Positions 1-9,010 of a stretch of DNA of 49,228 nucleotides are shown piece after piece. A model generated the notes under the pieces. It saw only the letters and a list, made by a program, of their open reading frames with translations. It was not told where the DNA came from and searched no databases. The translations under genes and the position numbers were made by a program. Location: the NCBI GenBank assembly GCA_029858555.1, contig JAOUEU010000001.1:1-49228 (forward strand). Direction: 5' to 3'. The stretch is from Candidatus Zixiibacteriota bacterium. GTDB lineage: Bacteria; Zixibacteria; MSB-5A5; GN15; FEB-12. Numbering within the stretch: the stretch's first letter is position 1; each line of letters starts with the position of its first letter.

Positions 1-1
1 C

Positions 2-733
2 TTCCGTGAAACTGAGAGGACGTTTTTCCAGTTGTCGGTGGGCTACTGTGAACGCGCACCTTATTTATACGAGTTGTATTTGCCTTTCGAACGTGCCGCC
101 GTCTACGATTCGGCGGACGGCGCATACGCCAACGTCGGCAACCCGCAGGCCGACAAGGAGCGGCAATTGGTGGGCAGTCTGACCATCGAGGTGGGGTCGG
201 CCGCGAACAACGTCGGCCTCAGCGTTACCGGTGGCAGGATTTATGACGGCATCGACTGGCAGAACCGGCCTCTGACCGACAGCGCGGGCCTTTACACTCT
301 CTTCACTCCGGCCAACGGCGATATCGAGTTTGTCAATGTTGCCGGCGGGCCGACGGTGAGTATTACCGATTTCCTCAGGTTTTCGGCGGGCGGGGCTTAC
401 CATCACTTAGATTACCGACAGTTCGAGAGAAAGCCGTATTTGCCGGATTATCAGCTCTTCTCGGGGCTGGAGTTGCATGTTTACTGGCGACAACGTTTGC
501 TGCATCTCTACGCGTACGGTGAAATCGTATATTCGGGCGGTTACGACGGTTATATCCAGACGGGTTTGGGGAATGACCCGGTGGCCAACGTCAAGATATC
601 GTTTCGGATCAAGAAGTTTCGCATGCACTATGTCATTCAGAACGCCCTGAACCGCGAGTATAGCACCCGCGATTACATAACTTTCCCGGGGCGCTACAAC
701 TATTACGGCATCACCTGGAATTTCGGCGACTGA
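2..733 (+). CDS. C-terminal part of an outer-membrane beta-barrel protein (putative porin / TonB-dependent receptor-like), 5'-truncated by the window edge
   Basis: The frame is open from base 2. Alternating aromatic/hydrophobic beta-strand pattern; C-terminus 'NALNREY...FPGRYNYYGITWNFGD' is typical of an OM barrel terminal strand. Confidence 0.65.
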   Translation, partial: FRETERTFFQLSVGYCERAPYLYELYLPFERAAVYDSADGAYANVGNPQADKERQLVGSLTIEVGSAANNVGLSVTGGRIYDGIDWQNRPLTDSAGLYTLFTPANGDIEFVNVAGGPTVSITDFLRFSAGGAYHHLDYRQFERKPYLPDYQLFSGLELHVYWRQRLLHLYAYGEIVYSGGYDGYIQTGLGNDPVANVKISFRIKKFRMHYVIQNALNREYSTRDYITFPGRYNYYGITWNFGD

Positions 734-807
734 AACGGTATCGTGCCCGCTTTCATGCAAAGACCCTTCTGTGATGCAGCCTCGGCAGACGAACCGGGAG
801 ACTCTAC

Positions 808-836
808 TTGACATCAGAGTGAGAACCGTCAATATT
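808..836 (+). promoter_or_regulatory. Putative sigma70 promoter for the HD gene (likely leaderless transcript)
   Basis: TTGACA (808-813), 17 nt spacer, AATATT (831-836), then 6 nt to ATG 843; no Shine-Dalgarno. Confidence 0.45.
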
Positions 837-842
837 CGGGCT

Positions 843-1403
843 ATGCAAAAGCTTCCGTTATCCCGCGAAAAAGCTTACGAAATGGTCGTAGCAAGAATAG
901 GTGTGAACAACCTCCTGAAGCACATCCTGGCGGTGGAGGCCGGCATGCGCCAGGTTGCCGAACACCTGGGCGAAGATGTCGACTACTGGGGGCTGACAGG
1001 GTTGATTCATGATCTTGACTACAATGAGACCAAGGAAGACGAACCCCGGCACACTTATATTACCGAAGAGTGGCTGGCCGAATATGACTTGCCCGAGGAG
1101 ATGATTTACGCCATTCACGCCCACCCGGGGCACGTGCCTTGCCGATCCCGGCTGGATTGGGCCCTTTACGCAGTCGACCCGGCCACCGGGTTCCTGGTGG
1201 CCTGCGCCCTGATGCACCCGGACAAGAAACTTAGTGTCATCGATGGCGGCTTTATGCTGCGTCGATTCAAAGAAAAACGTTTCGCCGCCGGGGCCACCCG
1301 TGAGAATATAGCCGCCTGCTCCAATCTGGGGCTGGAGTTGGACAGGTTCCTGCTGCTTGTGCGCGACGGTATGATGACCATTTCGGATCAGCTCGGCCTG
1401 TAA
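843..1403 (+). CDS. HD-domain (HDIG-type) metal-dependent phosphohydrolase
   Basis: Motifs 'NLLKHILAVEAGM', 'GLIHDLDY', 'AIHAH', 'ALYAVD' and 'RFKEKRFAAG'. Start placed at ATG 843 rather than GTG 771 because the promoter lies at 808-836. Confidence 0.85.
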   Translation: MQKLPLSREKAYEMVVARIGVNNLLKHILAVEAGMRQVAEHLGEDVDYWGLTGLIHDLDYNETKEDEPRHTYITEEWLAEYDLPEEMIYAIHAHPGHVPCRSRLDWALYAVDPATGFLVACALMHPDKKLSVIDGGFMLRRFKEKRFAAGATRENIAACSNLGLELDRFLLLVRDGMMTISDQLGL

Positions 1404-1530
1404 CTACGGCCGGGTGTGCCTGCGCGCGATGTAGAATATGTCCGGGTGAAGCGATCTGCGCCGACATCCGGCGCCGGTGGAAACCCCAAGCCTGTAACGC
1501 GAGGCCCGGAAAGCCAGTTTGAACGTGTTG

Positions 1531-2904
1531 ATGCCTGACCCACCAAATATGTCACCCTCCGGCTTTCGCAATCGCGAGGGCCCGGACGGAAACAGCCTCT
1601 GGCGCAAAGACGTTTTCGGCTGGTCGCTCTACGATTTCGCCAACACCATCTATTCCATGAACATCGTGTCGTTATACCTTAAGCGGTACATCGTGGAGGA
1701 CCTTGGTCGCGACGACCGCTATTTTGATATTCCTTTCTCCATCTCGATGCTTTTCGCGGCCGTGTTGCTGCCGGTGTTGGGCACAATCTCGGACTACTCG
1801 ACCAAAAAGAAAATCTTCCTGTTGCTCTTTACGCTGACATGTTGTCTGGCGGTCGGTTTGATGGCCGTCATCCCGGCTTCGATGATCACGATTCTGCTGC
1901 TTCTGTTCGTGATTGCCAACTTCTCCTACGAAGCCGGTCAACCGTTTTATAATTCGCTGCTTTATTCGGTCGCCGACGGCAAACAGGCGCGTTTTGTATC
2001 GGGAGTAGGCGTCGCGCTGGGGTATGCCGGCTCTGTCCTCGGCATGCTGGTGGTGCTGCCTTTTGTAGCCGGCTCCTTTTTTGGCTGGGATATCCCCTTC
2101 CTGGTCGGTGGGGGCAAGACGAGTGCGTTCGTACCCACGGCGGTTTTGTTTATGGTTTTTGCTTTACCCCTTTTCCTGTGGGTGCGGGAAGCGCCCGTGA
2201 CCAGGCCCGGAAAGCCGGGCTTTGTCGAATCGTACCGTGAGGTCTGGAACGGGATACGCCAGACCAGGAAATACCCCGGGGTGCTGCGGTTTCTGGTGGC
2301 CGACTACTTTTTTGAAGATGCTGCCACCACCGTGATACTGAATATCGGGCTTTACTGCTCCATCGTGATCGGCTTTGGCGACGAAGATATTACTTTTTTT
2401 CTGGTCATATCCACGATCAGTGCTGTCATCGGATCGTTTCTGATAGGCAAAATAGCCCAGTACAGGTCACTCAAGGGTCTGTTGAACGTGATCGTGCTGG
2501 GTTGGATACTGGTGCTGTTATTTTTCGTTGTTTCCGATAACAGCGTCCTGGTCTGGCTGCTGGGATCGGTCGTTGGCGTCTTGCTCGGTGGCCTGTGGAC
2601 AACCACGCGGCCGCTGCTGGCGGAGATGGTCCCACGGTCGGATCTGGGGCGATTTTTCGGCCTGTTCGCGCTGTCTGGTCGGGCGGCGGCCGTCATCGGA
2701 CCGCTCATCTGGACTCTCACCGTCTATCTGTTCAACGCCGAGCGGGTCGCCGGTAAAGCCGTGATCGGACTGCTGGAGATACCGGAGGCGAATTGGCCCA
2801 AACTGCCCTACAAAATGGGCGTATTATCTCTTATTGTGATGATGGTAATGGGACTGTTCATCTTCAGAAAAGTACCTCACTCGAAAGGGTCTGCCCGTGG
2901 GTAG
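1531..2904 (+). CDS. MFS transporter, UMF1/Atg22-like family
   Basis: 'WSLYDFANTIYS' N-terminal signature, about 12 hydrophobic segments, 'GRFFGLFALSGRAAAVIGP'. Exact start uncertain (1519/1531/1549). Confidence 0.85.
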   Translation: MPDPPNMSPSGFRNREGPDGNSLWRKDVFGWSLYDFANTIYSMNIVSLYLKRYIVEDLGRDDRYFDIPFSISMLFAAVLLPVLGTISDYSTKKKIFLLLFTLTCCLAVGLMAVIPASMITILLLLFVIANFSYEAGQPFYNSLLYSVADGKQARFVSGVGVALGYAGSVLGMLVVLPFVAGSFFGWDIPFLVGGGKTSAFVPTAVLFMVFALPLFLWVREAPVTRPGKPGFVESYREVWNGIRQTRKYPGVLRFLVADYFFEDAATTVILNIGLYCSIVIGFGDEDITFFLVISTISAVIGSFLIGKIAQYRSLKGLLNVIVLGWILVLLFFVVSDNSVLVWLLGSVVGVLLGGLWTTTRPLLAEMVPRSDLGRFFGLFALSGRAAAVIGPLIWTLTVYLFNAERVAGKAVIGLLEIPEANWPKLPYKMGVLSLIVMMVMGLFIFRKVPHSKGSARG

Positions 2905-3946
2905 AAAAATCGGTGACTGGCACTACTACTCGGGCGCGATCCACGTTCACACCACCGAATCGGATGGCACCAAAGACTTTGAGGAGATCGTGGCCATTGG
3001 TCGGGATGCCGGGCTCGATTTCATCATGTTCACCGATCATATGACTTTGAGCAACCGTGAACAGGGGAGGGAGGGGCTCTACGGCAATCTGCTGGCCGTT
3101 GTCGGGTATGAGCACAACGCCCCCCAGGATAATCATCACTACCTGCTCTTCGACAGTCCGCGGGTCTACCCCGAAGACCTGGCGCCGCTGGAATATGTCG
3201 CCGCCGGGGCGGCCGACCGGGCCATCGGGATAATGGCTCACCCGGACGAAATTCGTGACCGGCTACCCGAATATCCGCCTTATCCCTGGAAGGACTGGAC
3301 TGTCTCCGGTTTCACCGGTCTTGAGATATGGAACCAGATGTCAGAGTGGATGGAGCGTCTTACGAAATATAATAAGTTGCTGATGGCTTTCTCCCCGCGC
3401 AAGTCGATGATAGCCCCGTCCGATCGCGTTCTGAAAAAATGGGACGAATTGAACGCCACCGCCAAAGTCGTCGGGGTGGCCTCGGTCGATGCCCATGCAT
3501 TCGTTCAAAAGGTGGGTTTTCTACGAGTCCAGATATTCCCGTACAAGGTTCACTTCCGATGCCTGCGCACTCATGTAATTCTGCCTGTACCCATGTCCGG
3601 AGACTTTGAAACCGCGAAAGGTCAGCTCTATGATGCTCTCAGAGACTGTCGCGTTTACGTTTCCAATATGCGTTGGGGGGATGCTGACGGTTTCGAGTTC
3701 CGGGGTGAGAGTAGCCGCGACGCGGTGGTGTGTGGCGGAGAACTGTCCAATGTAGACGACGCCCAATTATATGTGAGTCTCCCGGAGCGTGCGACTGTCA
3801 GGCTGGTGCACAACGGGCAAAAGATTCTCCAGACGGGCACTGACGGTCTCGAATACAGAGTGTCTCAACCGGGCGTTTACCGGGTGGAGGCATGGAAAGG
3901 CAGGCGCGGTTGGATCTTCTCGAACCATATCAGAGTGGGGGTGTGA
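2897..3946 (+). CDS. PHP-domain metallohydrolase (CehA/McbA-like, histidinol-phosphatase superfamily)
   Basis: 'GAIHVHTTESDG', 'FTDH', 'GYE...HHY', 'MAHP', 'SVDAH', C-terminal 'WIFSNHI'. Overlaps the MFS stop codon. Confidence 0.85.
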   Translation: MGRKIGDWHYYSGAIHVHTTESDGTKDFEEIVAIGRDAGLDFIMFTDHMTLSNREQGREGLYGNLLAVVGYEHNAPQDNHHYLLFDSPRVYPEDLAPLEYVAAGAADRAIGIMAHPDEIRDRLPEYPPYPWKDWTVSGFTGLEIWNQMSEWMERLTKYNKLLMAFSPRKSMIAPSDRVLKKWDELNATAKVVGVASVDAHAFVQKVGFLRVQIFPYKVHFRCLRTHVILPVPMSGDFETAKGQLYDALRDCRVYVSNMRWGDADGFEFRGESSRDAVVCGGELSNVDDAQLYVSLPERATVRLVHNGQKILQTGTDGLEYRVSQPGVYRVEAWKGRRGWIFSNHIRVGV

Positions 3947-3951
3947 ACGTC

Positions 3952-4365
3952 ATGGTTCGGCAGTCCGCAGCCAGAGTAATCAGCCTTATAGATGAGGAGT
4001 GTCTTGCCGGACCTTCGTCCACAATGCGCGAGCTGGTCGCTAAATTCATCGTCATATCCGGCTATGCGGAGTTCAACCTCGTTCTTGGTCTGGTGTCGGA
4101 CTACCCGTACCATGCCGACCTGGTCGCACAATTCTGTCACGGTAAGGATATTGCCGCCGGCTGGACTCGCAAACCGGACCTTTACGAAATCCTTGAAAAG
4201 CACTGGAAGGTTAGGGGTGGCGGGTGGGCTGACATTGATTTGGAGTCCAGACACTGGAAGTTTTTCGGCCATTCTTCAGCTTATGGCGCTTGCGACAGCG
4301 GTGATCTCAGCTTTGTGGTGACGGAGCACCCGTTTTTCGCAAGTTACTCAATCACGATCGCGTAA
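3952..4365 (+). CDS. 137-aa protein with Janus/Ocnus (PHPT1 phosphohistidine phosphatase)-like motifs
   Basis: Ordered motifs KFIVI, YHADLV, GGGW, FFGHSSAYG, YSITIA resemble PHPT1 KYVLI, YHADIY, GGGR, VYGYSMAYG, YEVTWA (recalled from memory). ATG lies 5 nt after the PHP stop. Confidence 0.6.
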   Translation: MVRQSAARVISLIDEECLAGPSSTMRELVAKFIVISGYAEFNLVLGLVSDYPYHADLVAQFCHGKDIAAGWTRKPDLYEILEKHWKVRGGGWADIDLESRHWKFFGHSSAYGACDSGDLSFVVTEHPFFASYSITIA

Positions 4366-4516
4366 CATGGACCTTGTGATTAAAGTATCTAACGCCATCA
4401 TGGGCCGCATCCGGCCTCGCGTCGTATCTGTTTGATTCATTGCGAGTTAGGGGGGTCCTCGCATTCGACGATCCCGTCGGTAGATCAAAAAAATACACTA
4501 ATCAGCGCAAAATTTC

Positions 4517-4545
4517 TTGACTTTAGTGCGTATTATACCTAAAGT
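4517..4545 (+). promoter_or_regulatory. Putative sigma70 promoter of the nuo operon
   Basis: TTGACT (4517-4522), 17 nt, TAAAGT (4540-4545), with an A-rich upstream tract; about 40 nt before the nuoA ATG. Confidence 0.6.
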
Positions 4546-4584
4546 TAGCCCACATTCACAACAAGTGTTAGGTGCTCGACGTAC

Positions 4585-4941
4585 ATGTTTGAAACTTTCT
4601 ATCCTATCCTCTTTCTGGTCTTTTTTGCGGTGTTTCTGGCTGTTTTACTGGTGCTGATGTCGGTGCTTATCGGGCGGCGGACCCGAATGGGGAAGAAGGG
4701 AATTCCCTATGAGTGTGGGCTGGAGCCGGTCGGGAACACCAGGGAGCCGGTCCCGGTAAAATTCTACATGGTGGCTATCCTTTTTATTCTCTTTGACATC
4801 GAAGTAATATTCCTTTACCCATGGGCCGTGATCTCCCGCAACCTGGGATGGTTTGGCTTTGTGGAGATGTTGGTTTTTATACTGATAATACTGGTCGGCT
4901 ATTTCTATATCCTTGGCAGGGGAGCGCTGAAATGGGATTAG
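4585..4941 (+). CDS. nuoA: NADH-quinone oxidoreductase subunit A
   Basis: 'PYECG', '[22 protein letters not shown]', 'GALKWD'. Confidence 0.97.
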   Translation: MFETFYPILFLVFFAVFLAVLLVLMSVLIGRRTRMGKKGIPYECGLEPVGNTREPVPVKFYMVAILFILFDIEVIFLYPWAVISRNLGWFGFVEMLVFILIILVGYFYILGRGALKWD

Positions 4942-5435
4942 AGGAAAAAATCCCGGATTCAATCATTCTGACGACTCTTGATAAGATGGTTAACTGGTCC
5001 CGGAAGCGCTCTATGTGGCCGCTGGGCTTCGGACTGGCATGTTGCGCGATCGAAATGATGTCGACATTTGCCTCGCATTTTGACCTGGCCCGTTACGGCA
5101 TGGAGGTGATGCGGCCGTCGCCGCGTCAGGCCGACCTGATGATTGTCGCCGGTCGCGTCTCGGTGAAAATGGCGCCGGTGGTGAAAACGCTTTACGAGCA
5201 GATGCCGAACCCCAAGTGGGTGCTGGCCATGGGTGCCTGCGCGTCTTGCGGCGGTGTCTTTAACAATTATGCCATCGTTCAGGGTGTCGATCGAATTATC
5301 CCGGTAGATATCTATGTGCCCGGATGTCCACCTCGCCCGGAGCAGTTGATGGACGGGATATTAAAGCTGTTCGAGAAGGTCGAAAAAGAATCGCTCAAAG
5401 ACAAGCGCGAGGACTGGGGGCGAAAGGCGGGCTGA
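4932..5435 (+). CDS. nuoB: NADH-quinone oxidoreductase subunit B
   Basis: '[10 protein letters not shown]', 'SPRQADL', 'GACASCGG', 'VPGCPPRPE' (N2 ligands). ATG 4932 overlaps the nuoA end. Confidence 0.97.
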   Translation: MGLEEKIPDSIILTTLDKMVNWSRKRSMWPLGFGLACCAIEMMSTFASHFDLARYGMEVMRPSPRQADLMIVAGRVSVKMAPVVKTLYEQMPNPKWVLAMGACASCGGVFNNYAIVQGVDRIIPVDIYVPGCPPRPEQLMDGILKLFEKVEKESLKDKREDWGRKAG

Positions 5436-5498
5436 GGCCTTGGCTTTTACATGTGCGCGGAACCACGTGACATTTGACCTTGTGAAATTTTGAACAAG

Positions 5499-6023
5499 AT
5501 GACCGGCATGGAAGAAAAAGTCAGAAGCTTCATGAAAGCGAACTTCGCTGACGCCATTATCCGTGAAGACGATTTCCGCCAGCAGCAGTCCTTCTATGTC
5601 AAGGCCGAGGCTCTGGTCGACATATGTCGGGCTCTTTATGATGAACCCGAATTGGACGTCAGGTTACTCGCTGACATAACTTCGCTTGATTGGCACGGTC
5701 ATCCTGCGGCAGATGAGGGCCGCTTCGAAGTGGTCTACAATCTATATTCCCTGAACCATAAGTATCGCTTTTTCCTGAAAGTGCGACTGCCGGCCAACGC
5801 TCCCCGCATCGCTACTTTGACCGACCTGTGGAACGGCGCCAACTGGATGGAACGCGAAGTGTGGGATATGATGGGTATTGAATTCGTAGGTCATCCCGAT
5901 TTGACCAAAATACTCACTCCGGATGAGCTGGAGGGTCATCCTCTGCGCCGGGACTTTCCGCTTACGTGGGAGCAACCGCAATTCAGCTGGAACAAGGACA
6001 ATCCCCCCGAGGTGATGAAGTGA
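5499..6023 (+). CDS. nuoC: NADH-quinone oxidoreductase subunit C
   Basis: 'RFEVVYNLYS', 'ANWMEREVWDMMGI.F.GHPDL', 'GHPLRRDFP'. Start is 5499 or 5508. Confidence 0.95.
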   Translation: MTGMEEKVRSFMKANFADAIIREDDFRQQQSFYVKAEALVDICRALYDEPELDVRLLADITSLDWHGHPAADEGRFEVVYNLYSLNHKYRFFLKVRLPANAPRIATLTDLWNGANWMEREVWDMMGIEFVGHPDLTKILTPDELEGHPLRRDFPLTWEQPQFSWNKDNPPEVMK

Positions 6024-7195
6024 TGACCGAGAGCAAGACCATCACGATCAATATGGGACCGCAGCATCCGGCCACCCACGGCGTCCTGAGGGTGGTGCTT
6101 GAGATTGAGGGTGAAACGGTTGTCAAGGCGCGTCCGGTAGTTGGCTACCTGCACACGGGGATTGAGAAAACCATGGAGTCCAAGCTGTATTACAAGGCTC
6201 TTCCGGCCACCGATCGCATGGACTACCTGGCCCCGATGTCGAACAACCTCGGGTATTGCCTGGCGGTGGAAAGCCTGATGGAAATCGAGGTTCCGGACAA
6301 AGTCAAGTGGGCCCGCTGTTGCCTGGCCGAACTGACACGCGTAAACTCCCACCTGGTCTGGCTCGGCACCCACGCTTTGGACCTGGGCGCGATGTCCATG
6401 CTGCTGTACACCTTTCGGGAGAGAGAGTTGGTTCTCGATATTTACGAAGCGTGCGGTGGCCAGCGCATGATGACCAGTTACATCCGCATCGGCGGCCTGG
6501 CCCATGACCTGCCGCCCGATTTTGACAAGAAGGTCCGTAATCTTACACGGATCGTGCGCGAGCGTATGCACGACTATGAAACCCTGCTCACGAACAACGA
6601 GATTTTCATAAACCGGACCAGGGGTGTGGCGGTCATCTCCGCCGAGGATGCCATAAATTATTCACTCACCGGCCCGATGTTACGGGGAAGCGGCGTCAAA
6701 CACGATTTGAGGAAAGCGAATCCTTACAGCGGGTACGAGAATTTTGATTTTGAAGTCGCTTTTGGTACTAATGGTGATGCCTATGACCGCTACCTTTTGC
6801 GGCTGGAAGAGATTCGCCAGTCGCTTAGAATATGCGACCAGGCCATCGACGGCATGCCCGATGGACCCTATCGCGCCCATGTACCTGGTGTGGTTCTACC
6901 GCCCAAGGAGGATGTCCTGTACAAGATGGAATCAATGATATTCCACTTCAAGATCATAACCGAAGGCTTCAAGGCTCCGTTTGGCGCGGTGTACCAGGCG
7001 ATTGAATCGCCCAAGGGGGAGTTGGGATTTTACATATCATCGGACGGCAGCAACAAACCCCACCGTGTCAGGGTGCGGCCGCCGGCCTTTGTCAACCTGG
7101 CGGCTCTGCCCAGGCTGGTGGAGGGACGGCTGCTTTCGGATGTGATCTGCGCTATCGGCTCGATCGACATCGTTTTAGGCGAGGTAGACAGATGA
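6023..7195 (+). CDS. nuoD: NADH-quinone oxidoreductase subunit D
   Basis: 'NMGPQHPATHGVLR', 'GYLHTGIEK', 'ESPKGELG', C-terminal 'DIVLGEVDR'. TGATG overlap with nuoC. Confidence 0.97.
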   Translation: MTESKTITINMGPQHPATHGVLRVVLEIEGETVVKARPVVGYLHTGIEKTMESKLYYKALPATDRMDYLAPMSNNLGYCLAVESLMEIEVPDKVKWARCCLAELTRVNSHLVWLGTHALDLGAMSMLLYTFRERELVLDIYEACGGQRMMTSYIRIGGLAHDLPPDFDKKVRNLTRIVRERMHDYETLLTNNEIFINRTRGVAVISAEDAINYSLTGPMLRGSGVKHDLRKANPYSGYENFDFEVAFGTNGDAYDRYLLRLEEIRQSLRICDQAIDGMPDGPYRAHVPGVVLPPKEDVLYKMESMIFHFKIITEGFKAPFGAVYQAIESPKGELGFYISSDGSNKPHRVRVRPPAFVNLAALPRLVEGRLLSDVICAIGSIDIVLGEVDR

Positions 7196-7668
7196 TTCTG
7201 AATGAAGAATCGATCAGGCGAATCAAGGAGAAGGCCGCCAAATACCCCCGGCGAAAATCGGCCATCCTCCCGGCTATTACTGTCGCCTATCGTCAGGTGG
7301 GTCACCTCAATGATGATATATACCGTGAGATTTCTCGGATAATCAATATACCCTACGTGGAGATTGCCGAAGCCGCTACTTTTTACACTCTCTTTCCCAA
7401 GAAACCAGTGGGCAAATACCTGATTCAGGTCTGTCACAATATCTCCTGCGCCCTCATGGGGGCCGATTCGCTGGTGACGTATCTCGAGGAGAAGTTGAGT
7501 GTCAGGAAGGGTGAGACCACCGACGATGGTCTGTTCACCCTGATTTCGGTGGAGTGTTTAGGTTCATGTTCAACGGCGCCAATGATGCAGATCAACCAGG
7601 ATTATTACGAGAACCTCACTCGGGAAAGAGTGGATCAGATAATTGATGACTTGAAGGCAAAAGCGTGA
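7192..7668 (+). CDS. nuoE: NADH-quinone oxidoreductase subunit E
   Basis: 'ATFY', 'VCHNISC', 'ECLGSC' (N1a 2Fe-2S ligands). Confidence 0.96.
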   Translation: MILNEESIRRIKEKAAKYPRRKSAILPAITVAYRQVGHLNDDIYREISRIINIPYVEIAEAATFYTLFPKKPVGKYLIQVCHNISCALMGADSLVTYLEEKLSVRKGETTDDGLFTLISVECLGSCSTAPMMQINQDYYENLTRERVDQIIDDLKAKA

Positions 7669-9002
7669 AATTCTACTCGCCGGTCATAACCAACGCCTCT
7701 GAGGCGGCGGCAAACCAGAAGCTGCACCTGTTCCGGTATGTCGAGGATCCGGACCAGTACAGGGTGGATACGTATGAGGCGCATGGTGGCTATCGGGCAT
7801 GGAAAAAGACCCTGACGGCCATGAAGCCCGACGAGGTCATAGAGGAGGTAAAGAAATCGGGACTGCGCGGACGGGGTGGAGCCGGTTTTCCGACAGGCAT
7901 GAAGTGGGGCTTTGTCCCCAAGAGCTCACCGAAACCGCGCTATCTCTGCTGTAATGCCGATGAGTCCGAACCGGGCACGTGCAAGGACCGGGTGCTGATG
8001 GAACGGGATCCGCACGGCGTTATCGAAGGCATGGCTATCGCGGCGTATGCCATTGGCTGTCACATCATGTTCTGTTACATTCGCGGCGAGTTTAACCACT
8101 GCATTGAACGCATGGAAGCGGCTGTGCAGGAGGCATATAAGCGGGGCCACCTCGGCAGAAATATTCATGGCAGTGGCTACGATCTCGATATGGTGGTTCA
8201 TTCCGGCGGCGGCGCCTACATCTGCGGCGAGGAAACAGCGCTGCTGAACTCGCTGGAAGGTGAGAGAGGCATGTCACGTATCCGACCGCCGTTTCCGGCC
8301 GTCGAGGGTCTTTATGCCTGCCCGACGATCGTCAACAACGTCGAATCACTGGCGGCCGTTCCCCATATTATAGCCAACGGCGCGGATTGGTACCGGTCCC
8401 TGGGCACCGAGAAGTCGGCCGGCACAAAGCTTTTCTCTCTAAGCGGCCATGTCAATCGCCCCGGCAACTATGAGGTGGAGCTCGGCTTCTCATTGAAAAA
8501 GCTGATCTACGACCCCGCCTACGGCAACGGCATCCTGGGAGGCAAAAGGCTCAAGGGGGTTATCCCCGGTGGAGCATCGACACCGTTCTTGACGGAAGAC
8601 ATGATCGACGTTGCCCTTGATTACGAGGCGCTGACCGGCGCCGGTTCCATGCTCGGTTCCGGGGCGGTCATCGTCTTTCACGAGGAGACCTGCGTCGTTT
8701 GGGTGATATTGAAACTGATTCACTTCTTCAGACACGAATCTTGTGGCAAATGTACGCCGTGTCGGGAAGGAACCGGTTGGCTGGAGCAAATTATCGAGAG
8801 GATCGAAGCCGGTCAGGGTCAGCCGGGCGACATTGAGAAGATTGAAGATGTCTGCGGCAATATCCTGGGTCGGACTATCTGTCCGCTCGGCGACGCGGCC
8901 GTGATGCCGATTCAGTCAGCGGTTAAACACTGGCGTGAGGAGTGGCAGTATCACATTGAGCACAAGAAATGTCTGGTGAAGACGGAGTTCCCGTTTGGTT
9001 AG
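7665..9002 (+). CDS. nuoF: NADH-quinone oxidoreductase subunit F
   Basis: 'SGLRGRGGAGFPTGMKW', 'NADESEPGT', 'YICGEETAL', 'ESCGKCTPCREG', 'TICPLG'. Confidence 0.97.
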   Translation: MKFYSPVITNASEAAANQKLHLFRYVEDPDQYRVDTYEAHGGYRAWKKTLTAMKPDEVIEEVKKSGLRGRGGAGFPTGMKWGFVPKSSPKPRYLCCNADESEPGTCKDRVLMERDPHGVIEGMAIAAYAIGCHIMFCYIRGEFNHCIERMEAAVQEAYKRGHLGRNIHGSGYDLDMVVHSGGGAYICGEETALLNSLEGERGMSRIRPPFPAVEGLYACPTIVNNVESLAAVPHIIANGADWYRSLGTEKSAGTKLFSLSGHVNRPGNYEVELGFSLKKLIYDPAYGNGILGGKRLKGVIPGGASTPFLTEDMIDVALDYEALTGAGSMLGSGAVIVFHEETCVVWVILKLIHFFRHESCGKCTPCREGTGWLEQIIERIEAGQGQPGDIEKIEDVCGNILGRTICPLGDAAVMPIQSAVKHWREEWQYHIEHKKCLVKTEFPFG

Positions 9003-9010
9003 GATTCTGG

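Noticed and set aside
1404..1530. GC-rich spacer before the MFS gene as a possible riboswitch or ncRNA
   Set aside because: I could not identify any known riboswitch consensus or a convincing stem and terminator arrangement.
4932..7195. nuoB/C/D as a group 4 [NiFe] hydrogenase, or as Sec-containing subunits
   Set aside because: NuoD lacks the CxxC nickel-binding motifs and ends in GEVDR; there are no in-frame TGA codons; this is a standard complex I.
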